A stretch of DNA of 64,000 bases, taken from IMG/VR virus record IMGVR_UViG_3300043013_000026, positions 32,001-96,000 of that record. One strand, given 5' to 3'. The position numbers and the translations under genes were made by a program. The notes under the pieces were generated by a model. The model ran no database searches and was not told the origin of the DNA. It worked only from the letters and a program-made list of their open reading frames with translations. Source of the DNA: a virus. Its lineage: Duplodnaviria > Caudoviricetes. Below are positions 51,108-60,138 of the stretch, piece after piece (the stretch's first letter is position 1; each line of letters starts with the position of its first letter).

Positions 51108-51467
51108 TTATAATTGGATATTGTCTATCACACATTGGTCACACAAGCCATCGTTCCTCTTGTGCTCAAGTTTAGTGATTTCCTTATTGCAGTTTGTGCA
51201 ATAATACACAGGCCGCTCTCTGGCATACAAATACTTGCGCACTTTTGCGACAGGCATACCGTACTTGTTTGCAATAGCCTGGACAATGAGCTTGGGTAAG
51301 ACCTTATTCTTGCGTTGAAGTTTATACTCATACTCAAAAACAATACGCACCGCAACTTCGTTCACCAGCAATCCCATAGCATCGAGTTTCTGGAGTTCCA
51401 TAGCCGTCAACCCGACTACGGCAGAGAGCTTATTATACTCTTCCTCGGAAAACTGGTAACGTCTCAT
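51108..51467 (-). CDS. hypothetical protein with C-terminal Zn finger
   Basis: CTNC...CDQC. Confidence 0.6.
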   Translation of the reverse strand: MRRYQFSEEEYNKLSAVVGLTAMELQKLDAMGLLVNEVAVRIVFEYEYKLQRKNKVLPKLIVQAIANKYGMPVAKVRKYLYARERPVYYCTNCNKEITKLEHKRNDGLCDQCVIDNIQL

Positions 51468-51715
51468 GCTTTCTTCTTTTTCTTCGGCTTCGCGTACTCT
51501 TCTATCTTGTTGCGAATGTCAATGATGGATTGCTCGAAGCCGTCCAGCACATCCAAAGCATCTTCCATCGCAGCACCCCTGGAAGACATCTGTAATCCTT
51601 CAGGCAGTGCGTCGTAAGCGTCTTGTTCTTCGTCGCGTATATCGTTGAGACAGTCAACCGCTTCATCGAGCAGTTGAGTTACGTCGTATAATTCTTCACG
51701 TCTTTCTTTATTCAT
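51464..51715 (-). CDS. hypothetical protein
   Basis: Coupled ORF. Confidence 0.65.
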   Translation of the reverse strand: MNKERREELYDVTQLLDEAVDCLNDIRDEEQDAYDALPEGLQMSSRGAAMEDALDVLDGFEQSIIDIRNKIEEYAKPKKKKKA

Positions 51716-51716
51716 A

Positions 51717-52124
51717 TTATAAAATTATGTCAGCGTCCAAAGCAGCGACAATGCTGAGGAATGAGTCCAGCTTCAAATCGCCGCGACCGCTTTCAAACGC
51801 TGTGATTACATTACCGGGGACGCTTGAACGTCTTGATAGTTCAGGCGTGCTCCATTCTATTGATTTTCTCTCGGTTATCAATGCCGTTCTCAGGTCCGAT
51901 ATATCCATGACGCTGGAATATTCATACCCCACAATTTCAAATGAGGCGTGACACATACCCATATAGTTCAGCGCATCGCTCATGTTGATATTGTCGGCGG
52001 CATTGTCGATAGCTTCAATCTTTTGCTTAGTCAGCTGAAGCATAAAAGGAAGCGACTCTACAATGCGCACAGTCGCCAGTTCCTTTCTTAGTGTTAGCCA
52101 TTTACAAAACTCTTGGCGTGTCAT
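51717..52124 (-). CDS. XRE-family HTH protein
   Basis: RKSIEWSTPELSRRS.V....I...ESG...KLD. Confidence 0.65.
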   Translation of the reverse strand: MTRQEFCKWLTLRKELATVRIVESLPFMLQLTKQKIEAIDNAADNINMSDALNYMGMCHASFEIVGYEYSSVMDISDLRTALITERKSIEWSTPELSRRSSVPGNVITAFESGRGDLKLDSFLSIVAALDADIIL

Positions 52125-52570
52125 TTGCCGTCAGATTTATGCTCTTGATAATACGTCCATCCAAACCATATTAAGCCCACTAAAAAAATTATGCCAAATA
52201 TGGCAGGAACGATAACATCAATCCATTCAGTGCAGAACGTATAATACAAGCCAACAATTAATAAAACAACTAAAGCAAATCCTCCGATGATAGTTAAACA
52301 CCATAGCGCAACTTTGAATAGATATGCGCTAAGCGAATGGCTAAACTTTTCATCTGAATTATCAAAATTATCAGGAGTATAATGTGCAGCTACACACATG
52401 ATAATACCCAACGCCATCACTCCAAGCAAAATCCACCAGTAATCATCGCTATACAACTCAGGCATCTTGATTTGATAGCGTACTGGATATAGCGCATACC
52501 ATAGTGGTATGGGCCAAAGCATACTTAATATGATAAGCAGCTTTCCGATTGTTAATAGACACTTTCGCAT
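52121..52570 (-). CDS. multi-pass membrane protein
   Basis: Four hydrophobic segments. Confidence 0.65.
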   Translation of the reverse strand: MRKCLLTIGKLLIILSMLWPIPLWYALYPVRYQIKMPELYSDDYWWILLGVMALGIIMCVAAHYTPDNFDNSDEKFSHSLSAYLFKVALWCLTIIGGFALVVLLIVGLYYTFCTEWIDVIVPAIFGIIFLVGLIWFGWTYYQEHKSDGK

Positions 52571-52573
52571 AGC

Positions 52574-52930
52574 TTACAGAAATGACGTTAGTTTTATAGC
52601 CACAATGCCGGCAGATAGAAATGCCAGCACTCCAAGTAGTATTCCAAAGCCATTTAGTGCTGGCTTGAGAACACCAGATTTCCGTGGAACAAGCCACCAA
52701 TAAAGAGCCGCAATAGCGTTTATCGCAGCCCCAATGCCGATGTATATTATGCCCTCCCAGATCATTGACCATTGCCATGCTTTGTGGTCTGCGGATTCGC
52801 TAATAAGCCCTACGGTTCCGACCAAAACACCGGAAGCCAAGAAGCCTAAAGTTGCTCCAGCAAATACCATAGTAGGTATGTCTGTCAGCGCAAATTTCTT
52901 AGTTTTCTTTTCTTTATCTTGCTTATTCAT
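52574..52930 (-). CDS. membrane protein
   Basis: Three hydrophobic segments; TATCTTTG -7 element upstream. Confidence 0.65.
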   Translation of the reverse strand: MNKQDKEKKTKKFALTDIPTMVFAGATLGFLASGVLVGTVGLISESADHKAWQWSMIWEGIIYIGIGAAINAIAALYWWLVPRKSGVLKPALNGFGILLGVLAFLSAGIVAIKLTSFL

Positions 52931-53100
52931 TATGTACTTATCAGTTTGATTTAGTGCAAAGATACAAATAAATAACGGAAATGGTTTTGCAACTATTTGG
53001 GTATGCGCAAATTAATTTGTATATTTACAGAAGAAAAGGGAGATGCCGAAGTGTTGCGCATCCCAGCATCTCCCACACAGATAGCATGATTTGAGCCTAT

Positions 53101-53313
53101 TTACGCCGGCTTCAAATCGGACTCACGGGCGATTCCTTTTAGAACGGCATTGTCAACTTCAACGCGATAGAAGAAGTCGCGTTCTTCCGCATCGTTCTCG
53201 CTGAAAGCGGCATAAACCTTCTTTACTTTACCAACCTTCCCCTTAAACTGAGGCTGAAGGCTGTTGCTCGTGATGATCACCTTGTCGTCTGTCTTAAACT
53301 TACTTGATGCCAT
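53101..53313 (-). CDS. small KOW/SH3-like protein
   Basis: FKTDDKVII...GKVGKV...YRVE. Confidence 0.55.
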   Translation of the reverse strand: MASSKFKTDDKVIITSNSLQPQFKGKVGKVKKVYAAFSENDAEERDFFYRVEVDNAVLKGIARESDLKPA

Positions 53314-53319
53314 AACGTT

Positions 53320-53580
53320 TTATGCGTTAAATTTTTCTTTCCAAGCCAGATAATCGACACGCGATTGTGCCAGCAACTCAGGCGCTTTGACCTTCAAATC
53401 GTCAACGCGCACAATGGGCACGCCTTTGTACGAGATGTAAAGACGACCGTTAAACTCGGTTACGTTAATGTTCTCGCAGCTCAGATTTTCAAGGTCGCGA
53501 ACCTGCTGTTGCTGCTTGGCTTCTTGTGACTGGGTGCGATACTTCTTCAGCCACTCGCGAATAGCATTTAAAAAATTCAT
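53320..53580 (-). CDS. hypothetical protein
   Basis: ORF. Confidence 0.6.
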   Translation of the reverse strand: MNFLNAIREWLKKYRTQSQEAKQQQQVRDLENLSCENINVTEFNGRLYISYKGVPIVRVDDLKVKAPELLAQSRVDYLAWKEKFNA

Positions 53581-53665
53581 TTACATAGCTATATAAATTT
53601 AAGAAAGAATTATTGCGACCGAAGCCGCCGTATCAATTTGACGATATTATAATTGCCAACAATTA

Positions 53666-54037
53666 TTAGCCATTTTCCCAGCGTTCCTGAGTATAGTAGA
53701 AGCCGACACCGCAGGTATATCCCTCATATACGAGTGGGCGAGCAATGAGGCCTTGGTCCGCAGAATCGCGATTAACAAGAGCGCAATACTGCTCCACAAT
53801 ATTGCGAGTGTTCTGCATTTCATACCCGCTTTTATAAAGAGGCTTCAAATAGAACGAGTTGTCGCCAAACGACCAATTCAACATGTATGGGCGGTCATCA
53901 ATGCCACCCAGTACGCAGCCATGACCGACTTCAACATAACTGCTGAAATCGAAAATCTCCTCGAAAATGACGTCAGACATGACATCTTTTTCGTTTATCG
54001 GAGCTTTGTACAATTTGCCGTATTCAATGTCTATCAT
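53666..54037 (-). CDS. hypothetical protein
   Basis: ORF. Confidence 0.6.
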   Translation of the reverse strand: MIDIEYGKLYKAPINEKDVMSDVIFEEIFDFSSYVEVGHGCVLGGIDDRPYMLNWSFGDNSFYLKPLYKSGYEMQNTRNIVEQYCALVNRDSADQGLIARPLVYEGYTCGVGFYYTQERWENG

Positions 54038-54042
54038 AACGC

Positions 54043-54420
54043 TTACTTTGAGGGGAATATTGCCTGGAGCTTTACGACAAGACTTTGCGTTTCCTTATCA
54101 TAAAGCTCAATGGTCTTTTCATCAAAATCTACCTGAACGTCATAGTCTGTGACGATACGCTCAGGCTCTATGTACATCGTATTGTGAGCCAATACGTCAA
54201 AGATGTTAGAGAGCAGGTCTTTTTCATTTACGTCGATTGTGCCATTGATGAACTCCAGCTCGTCTTCATTATAGCTGATGTCTTCATCGTTGACGCATAC
54301 GTAATCGACCATTTCTATCTCACCTTTTGGCGAATAGACGCTTCGAGGTTGAACCTCGACAACCTTTCCGTTATCTTTTACTCTTGCTTTCATAACCTTG
54401 TCAGATAAATCGTTTGACAT
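54043..54420 (-). CDS. hypothetical protein
   Basis: ORF; likely start MSNDL. Confidence 0.55.
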   Translation of the reverse strand: MSNDLSDKVMKARVKDNGKVVEVQPRSVYSPKGEIEMVDYVCVNDEDISYNEDELEFINGTIDVNEKDLLSNIFDVLAHNTMYIEPERIVTDYDVQVDFDEKTIELYDKETQSLVVKLQAIFPSK

Positions 54421-54555
54421 AATCGTATGGTCCTGAGAGCGAGAAAACGTGCTCCCCATGTACCGATACGCATTTCAGGAGACAACAGCGCTTAGTTCCG
54501 GTAATCGTATAGTTGTCTCCGTTCCTATCTTTACCGGATTTGAGAATGTTTGTTT

Positions 54556-54780
54556 TCATACGAGTTTGTATTTTTTGCGGTAATTCTTCATGCACTTACG
54601 CGCTTCTTGCTTAGTGCGGAACGGACCTGCAATCTGGAAGGATTCATCCCAGTGGATAAACCATAGCAATGTTCGTTCAATCGTGATACTCACGCCATAA
54701 CTGTCACAGCCCCAGAGAGGATCAGTGCTCCATACACGGGTGACGTTGATGGATTTAATTTTCTTTTGAAAGAGTGACAT
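54556..54780 (-). CDS. hypothetical protein
   Basis: ORF. Confidence 0.5.
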   Translation of the reverse strand: MSLFQKKIKSINVTRVWSTDPLWGCDSYGVSITIERTLLWFIHWDESFQIAGPFRTKQEARKCMKNYRKKYKLV

Positions 54781-54804
54781 GTGATAATGAGGTTTGATAT
54801 TGGG

Positions 54805-55374
54805 TTAGTTAGTGTAGATTGGTATCAGTTCGCACACCGGCACTTCCGCTTCAGAATGGTCGTTTCCGATTAAAACAACCGTATCCAACGAGAAATCGTC
54901 CGGGTCAATAGGTTCACCATGTTCGTTAAATTCAAAAGGTACTTCAAATACAGTGTACTCTCCAGAAGTAAGTTCCTCCGGGTCGTTCCACCATACCTTT
55001 GCCCCTTTCTTGAGGAAACGGTAGAAGTAGCCGATGTCCTCGTCCTCGAACTCGTTGATGTATGTCTCAGGACATGCCCACTCAAGTCTGTGGAATAAAT
55101 AGTCACACCACTCACGATTGCCAAAGCATAAGTCAAGCAAGTCGTTATGAGTGTATCCTTCGATGGCGAAAAACCCGTCTTCATCGGGCTTAACGTCGTC
55201 AAAGTCGTGCTCTGGAATGTAACAAACTGCATCCCAGTCTTTCTCATAGGCATCTACGTCCTTGTAGATATTGCCAAACGCAAGCCCATTGTCAAAATAG
55301 CCCGGTGCAAATCGGTATGCGCCATCGACTATCTTCAGCTCGCCGCATGAAACTTTTTTGATTTCCATTGTCAA
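54805..55374 (-). CDS. acidic hypothetical protein
   Basis: ORF. Confidence 0.65.
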   Translation of the reverse strand: MTMEIKKVSCGELKIVDGAYRFAPGYFDNGLAFGNIYKDVDAYEKDWDAVCYIPEHDFDDVKPDEDGFFAIEGYTHNDLLDLCFGNREWCDYLFHRLEWACPETYINEFEDEDIGYFYRFLKKGAKVWWNDPEELTSGEYTVFEVPFEFNEHGEPIDPDDFSLDTVVLIGNDHSEAEVPVCELIPIYTN

Positions 55375-55375
55375 T

Positions 55376-55663
55376 TTAGTTTAGGTGGAAGTTCGCTTCC
55401 ATTGCAGAGATGACTTGATTGCCAATCGTGGCAAAATAATGTTCACGAGGCCCGTTTCCGGTCTGGATGAGGCTACGTATATTGCCGTTAGCCATATCTT
55501 CAACTTTGAAATGATATGGAGCTTCCACAATCATTTTACAAATGGCATTAAATAGCACATCCTTGGGGTTGGAACTGGTGACAGAGCCGATACTAATCTG
55601 CTCTCCGTCATCAGCCAACCACACAAGGCGATACTCTTTAGCTGGTTTTCTTATTTGCGCCAT
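55376..55663 (-). CDS. hypothetical protein
   Basis: ORF. Confidence 0.55.
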   Translation of the reverse strand: MAQIRKPAKEYRLVWLADDGEQISIGSVTSSNPKDVLFNAICKMIVEAPYHFKVEDMANGNIRSLIQTGNGPREHYFATIGNQVISAMEANFHLN

Positions 55664-56706
55664 TCAGCAATCTTACGGTTAATGTTAATGCCGTTGTCTT
55701 TGATGAGCTGCTTCATCACGCCGAACAAGCGCCAACCCTCATCAGAGTAGAGGTTAGCCTTCTCATCCAGCTTAGTGAGAGAAGCTGACTGCGACAAGAA
55801 GCGACCAGCGTCTGAACGGAACTTAGCGCTGTGGAACAGGATGAGGTTGCGCATAGTGAAGTATGCACCGGCACCCTTGTAAGCATCCTTGAACTCGTTA
55901 GCCATCGGGATTGTGTAAGATACCCAGGTTTTCTTCACGAGAGCGTAGAAGGAAACGGTGTTGACGTACAGCTCAGTGGCGTTCTTAGACGCTTTGATTT
56001 TGAGCGCAAGGTTGAGAAGCGGCTGAGTGACCTTTGCCGGAACGTCCTCGACAAAGATATTCTGACCCTTCAGACGGATGTACGGAACTCGCTTGCAGCG
56101 TTTCTTCGGCATGACGCGAATGTGGTCACGGAGCTTTTCGATGTAATCCATAGCAATGAGATATACACGCTCCTTGTTGAAGTAGAGGTTACGCTGGGCG
56201 AAATTCTCAGCGTCACCACGGGTTTCCATCTTCGACTGAGCCAACAGTTCCTCCACGATCATCTTCCACTGGTAGGCATAGCCCTTGTTCTGGAGTGCTT
56301 GGAGGAAGTTGCCATCAGCAAGCATGTGGAAGACCTGTGCCATCACCCAGCGACGGAACAGCTGAGGATTGCGAACCGTTCCGCCTCCGAGAATAGAGGC
56401 GAAGATTGGGTCGTCATCAGGAACGACGGTGAGTTGTCCGTTGGTCAGACGGGCTACGATTTCTTGACCGGTGGCACCCTTCATGCTGAAAAGGTTGTCC
56501 ACGTTCACACCGGCTTTGCGGAGTGCTTCGATTTTAGCTTCTGCTTTCATATCCTTACGATTGGGTTTTGATTGACCTACGACGGTCGGGTGAATTGTTC
56601 CGAGATTACTGTCAGCGCCAATTACTACGCCAACTGCTACATGGGTTGTTTCCGGGATTGCGAACTCTGCGCCACATTTAGGGCATACGATTTTAGTCTT
56701 GCTCAT
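55651..56706 (-). CDS. hypothetical protein with N-terminal Zn ribbon (CPKC)
   Basis: 351-aa ORF downstream of the RT array. Confidence 0.75.
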   Translation of the reverse strand: MSKTKIVCPKCGAEFAIPETTHVAVGVVIGADSNLGTIHPTVVGQSKPNRKDMKAEAKIEALRKAGVNVDNLFSMKGATGQEIVARLTNGQLTVVPDDDPIFASILGGGTVRNPQLFRRWVMAQVFHMLADGNFLQALQNKGYAYQWKMIVEELLAQSKMETRGDAENFAQRNLYFNKERVYLIAMDYIEKLRDHIRVMPKKRCKRVPYIRLKGQNIFVEDVPAKVTQPLLNLALKIKASKNATELYVNTVSFYALVKKTWVSYTIPMANEFKDAYKGAGAYFTMRNLILFHSAKFRSDAGRFLSQSASLTKLDEKANLYSDEGWRLFGVMKQLIKDNGININRKIAEWRK

Positions 56707-56717
56707 TGTTATAAGAT

Positions 56718-57194
56718 TTATTTGTTGTTATTAATTTGTTTATCCTTGTTGTTTTCAATCCATTTCTTCAGGATGATAAGAGATGGATGTGTACTTGATT
56801 GCCAGAACCATAATCCGCTGGCAAAACTATTCCAATCTAACGCGCTTTGAATTAGTTGGCAGAGTATGAAAAGCTCCAACTCTACCTGCGCTTCCTCACG
56901 ACGAATACCGTATAGCATATCCTCGTCAGCAAGCTTCTTCTCTGGGAGGGCTCGGAAATAGCTGCGAGTCTTCTGCTCACTGCGCTGAGAAGGTACGCTG
57001 TGATAGAAGCGTTCATACAACCTCTCAATCTCTTTCAGAGGTTCATTAGACGGAGCGCATCCGAGATTGCCCTCATACTTTCCGTCTTTGATGACATATC
57101 TGCCATCAACTCTCAGGCTTCGATGCTCGAAACTAACTGAGAAGCGAGCGCCTTTAGCGACGCGACCAAGTGTTTCCTTATAGATGTTACTCAT
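56718..57194 (-). CDS. hypothetical protein immediately downstream of the hairpin array
   Basis: Likely start MSNIY, 31 nt after the last array unit. Confidence 0.7.
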   Translation of the reverse strand: MSNIYKETLGRVAKGARFSVSFEHRSLRVDGRYVIKDGKYEGNLGCAPSNEPLKEIERLYERFYHSVPSQRSEQKTRSYFRALPEKKLADEDMLYGIRREEAQVELELFILCQLIQSALDWNSFASGLWFWQSSTHPSLIILKKWIENNKDKQINNNK

Positions 57195-57225
57195 ATAAAT
57201 TAAAATTGTGCAACTCAAGTCAGTG

Positions 57226-58344
57226 ACGTATAGCTTTATTCAAACTGATCGGGTCAGGTTTGTTGCCTCCTGAGCTTGGACTGTGTGTCTCAAGCTCGGA
57301 GGTCATACAAGTCCTGAGTAAGTGAATTTTTGACTCCTTGTTGCGAAATGTTACGTTACATATCCACGTCCTCATCAGCGTGGCGCATTACTGTAATCAC
57401 CATGATTAAGGAGCTGGTGATTGAAGGCGGGCGCCTGCAAGTAGGCAAGGCGCCCGCCTCTCTTTGAACCAGCTACGATGAAGTGGCTGACCTCGGACGA
57501 AACCTTTGCGCTTAGTAATGTATAGCTATCAAACTCACGATGCGTTGCTTTACAGGGGCGATTTGAAACAGTATTGGCTTCCTGGGCACCGGCGTGAAGC
57601 GGGTGACAACCGGAAGCACGCCGGTTCCCAGCGATGATTAAATACTGTTCACAATAAATTTGAGTTTCTTTAGCTACGGGCTGACGCATTTCAGTGATGA
57701 TGTGGATGGCGTTGTATGTATCTGCATCAAGGCGATAATAAAGAGTAAGAGCCTTGTACGCGACGATCGAGGTGTTGATCGTCGCGAACAGGTTAACGTC
57801 CTCTTTAATTAAAGTTGCCATCATCATTCATCGACCGCATACACGGTTGTTCAAAATTGTTAGCTGAGTGATTATCCGTATGTTGCTATATCACGTTGAT
57901 CCGATTGCGGATATGTGACGTTGAGACTGTCCAGCCTGGACGTCGAAAACGTCATCCCAGCCGCATAAGGTGAATGTGACAATCGTTCAACTAACTGCTG
58001 CATACCCAGCTTATTGATTGGCGTATAGAGTGCCATGTTTCTGTACCGTTTTGATGTGAGTCATCAGTGGATACGGGTACCTGGAAGGCTTGATATTGGC
58101 ATGTAAGGTACCCGTATAAACCGATGAATCCTGAAATATTCTATTCTTCCAATCAAACCCGCATGTCCGGGTTTTCCAGTAGAAGTCATATCGCATTGTA
58201 TGTTTCTATATCAATTTGATGTAAACTCGAATTGCCAGATCGGTGAAGCACTGGGACAGATAGTCAGCCGTCCCAGGGCTCTCACCGATCTGGTTAAGAC
58301 TCGATGTTACTGAATTGTGCAATCATTCTTCTACTCCTTCATAC
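57226..58344 (-). ncRNA. array of seven structured ~160-bp units (putative RT template RNAs)
   Basis: Seven long hairpins (57254-57317, 57412-57474, 57567-57649, 57740-57806, 57906-57965, 58061-58127, 58227-58304), each next to a degenerate motif; units closed by covarying end pairs; strand inferred from flanking genes. Confidence 0.75.
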
Positions 58345-58358
58345 TAAGGTTTCGGGAA

Positions 58359-59621
58359 TTACAACGACTCTACCAAAGTTAAGTACGCTTCACGATTAGT
58401 AACCATAGCGTTCTGCATACAACTGATAGTGAGATAGCCCTCGATTTCTTGCGGAGTTTTCTCGCGGTTAGCCTTCACATTGCGACCGAGGCCACGCTGG
58501 ATACAACCGCCAGACTTGCTTGCTACATAGCCGAGACCGCCAATCTTCGTCTTACCGGTCATCACTGCCCTCAAGCAATCCATCACAAACTTATCCAGTT
58601 CGTGAATATCACTTTTGACGTTGCATATCGGTAAAATCTGAGTAGCCCAACTAAACTCACCATCGCCTTTGTAGAGATAACGGTTCACTGCATTGACAGC
58701 CTTACGTAGAGTTACGTCAGGCTTGCGAATTGTCCGGGATAAAATTTCCTTCTGGAAGGTTTTGAGACGAGTGCTACTGAGTGATATGTCAGAGCCTTTG
58801 ATTGAATATCCCAGAAATTTAAACCAGTGAGTCGGTGTGAGATATTCAACTTTCTTCGGATTTAGTGACATGTTCATTTGTTCAAGCTCAGCCCTCAAAA
58901 TGAACATTGCCTCCTCGTAATCCGGTCCGACAAACAGCATGTCGTCGGAGTAGCGTATATACTCACCGTTCAGCTCGTCTATCCTTGAATCAATGTGGTA
59001 GAGGAGCACGTCAGCGAGCCAGGAAGCAACGGCACAACCCTGCTTTAGTGATTGGTAAGCCTCATGCAGTTCTCCGTCCGGCGAGAAGTACCAATCACTG
59101 TTGTAATACTTTCTCAGAACGTCGATTAACGCAGAATGTCCATATTTGTTTTCAACCTTATGGAACGCTTGCTCAATGAAGCAGAGAGGAACGCTGTCGA
59201 AGTATTTGCTGAGGTCCGACTTCCAGCCGATAACCTCATCCTTCGCTTTGCAAATCTCTTTGGAAATCTCCTTCACAATTTTTCCACAGCCCATACCTTT
59301 TTGATAAGAGCGGCATTTCGGATGAACCATCTCAGGCATCAACTCAAACAGCAGGTCGTTAGCGATACTGAGAAGTACGCGGTCAATCGGCTCGTTGATA
59401 TAGACGGTTCGGAAATCGCCGTTGTCCTTGGGGATTTGAGCGGTGTGCGGCGGCGCTATTTGATAGCGACCATCGCGAATAGCCTCATACATCTCAAGCC
59501 TCACTTCAGGCTTAGTGAGCTGGTAGAGGTCTCGTTTCGGGATGTGCTTTCCAACGCCTTTCTCGATGGCATATTCCCAGCGAGGAAGCTCGAAAAACTT
59601 TTCTAATATTATGTCGCTCAT
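58359..59621 (-). CDS. stand-alone reverse transcriptase (non-DGR, unclassified)
   Basis: IPKDNGDFRTV, DLSKYFDSV, LKQGCAVASWLADV, YIRYSDD, LNPKK, FKFLGY. Confidence 0.93.
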   Translation of the reverse strand: MSDIILEKFFELPRWEYAIEKGVGKHIPKRDLYQLTKPEVRLEMYEAIRDGRYQIAPPHTAQIPKDNGDFRTVYINEPIDRVLLSIANDLLFELMPEMVHPKCRSYQKGMGCGKIVKEISKEICKAKDEVIGWKSDLSKYFDSVPLCFIEQAFHKVENKYGHSALIDVLRKYYNSDWYFSPDGELHEAYQSLKQGCAVASWLADVLLYHIDSRIDELNGEYIRYSDDMLFVGPDYEEAMFILRAELEQMNMSLNPKKVEYLTPTHWFKFLGYSIKGSDISLSSTRLKTFQKEILSRTIRKPDVTLRKAVNAVNRYLYKGDGEFSWATQILPICNVKSDIHELDKFVMDCLRAVMTGKTKIGGLGYVASKSGGCIQRGLGRNVKANREKTPQEIEGYLTISCMQNAMVTNREAYLTLVESL

Positions 59622-59636
59622 ATTAATACATTCTAA

Positions 59637-59858
59637 TTAAAACCATCGAAGAACTTTTGGTGTTTCCCAGTAAAAGCTGCAACCTGGACAAGCTCTCTGA
59701 ATAATTGAAAGAACTTTGTCGCGGATCGAGCTCTGGAAAATTCGTAGTTGATTGCGCTTCAAGGTAAAATCCTTGCCACGCTTCATTCCATTAAGAGTGA
59801 GCACCGCTTGAATAGCCTTGTGACTTTCTACGGGCTGATTTTCGTTTATTGATGTCAT
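59637..59858 (-). CDS. hypothetical protein
   Basis: Likely start MTSIN; directly upstream of the RT. Confidence 0.5.
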   Translation of the reverse strand: MTSINENQPVESHKAIQAVLTLNGMKRGKDFTLKRNQLRIFQSSIRDKVLSIIQRACPGCSFYWETPKVLRWF

Positions 59859-60138
59859 TAATTTTCCCTGATTTGAAAAGAAGTTGTTTACGCTGTCGGT
59901 ACTCTCTCTTCTTCTCAGCCCAGTAAGCAGGAGACCGCTTCTTAGGTATGCTCCTAACTGGAGGATGAGCAATGTTTTGAATCGTCCATTTGCTACAATG
60001 AAACATTGCAGCCAGTTGACGATAGCTGTATCCCTCGGAAATCAATATCTTGATTGCGCTTACCGAGTCTTGGCTGAGCTTTCTTCGTTTATCATATCGA
60101 GTGCCGGCAATTAATATTTTCTCACTTTTGTATGGCAT
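59791..60138 (-). CDS. HTH DNA-binding protein
   Basis: GYSYRQLAAMFHCSKWTIQNI helix-turn-helix. Confidence 0.7.
   Translation of the reverse strand: MPYKSEKILIAGTRYDKRRKLSQDSVSAIKILISEGYSYRQLAAMFHCSKWTIQNIAHPPVRSIPKKRSPAYWAEKKREYRQRKQLLFKSGKINDINKRKSARRKSQGYSSGAHS

Noticed and set aside
57375-57827. 150-aa minus-strand ORF (and the 61-aa ORF at 58011-58196) inside the hairpin array
   Set aside because: They cross GC-rich hairpins and periodic motifs with no recognisable protein features; better explained as incidental ORFs in structured RNA
57226-58344. Array as CRISPR or as a run of terminators
   Set aside because: No identical repeats, ~160-bp period, no cas genes; hairpins are long, bulged and lack U-tracts
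58405-58490. Possible eighth array unit within the RT 3' end (AGCGTTCTGCATACAACTGAT)
   Set aside because: Partial motif only, out of period (~207 bp), with no convincing long hairpin
58359-59621. RT as group II intron, canonical retron or DGR RT
   Set aside because: No interrupted host gene or recognisable domain V/VI; lacks NAxxH/VTG retron motifs and the DGR PIGNxxSQ motif; no TR/VR pair of its own seen
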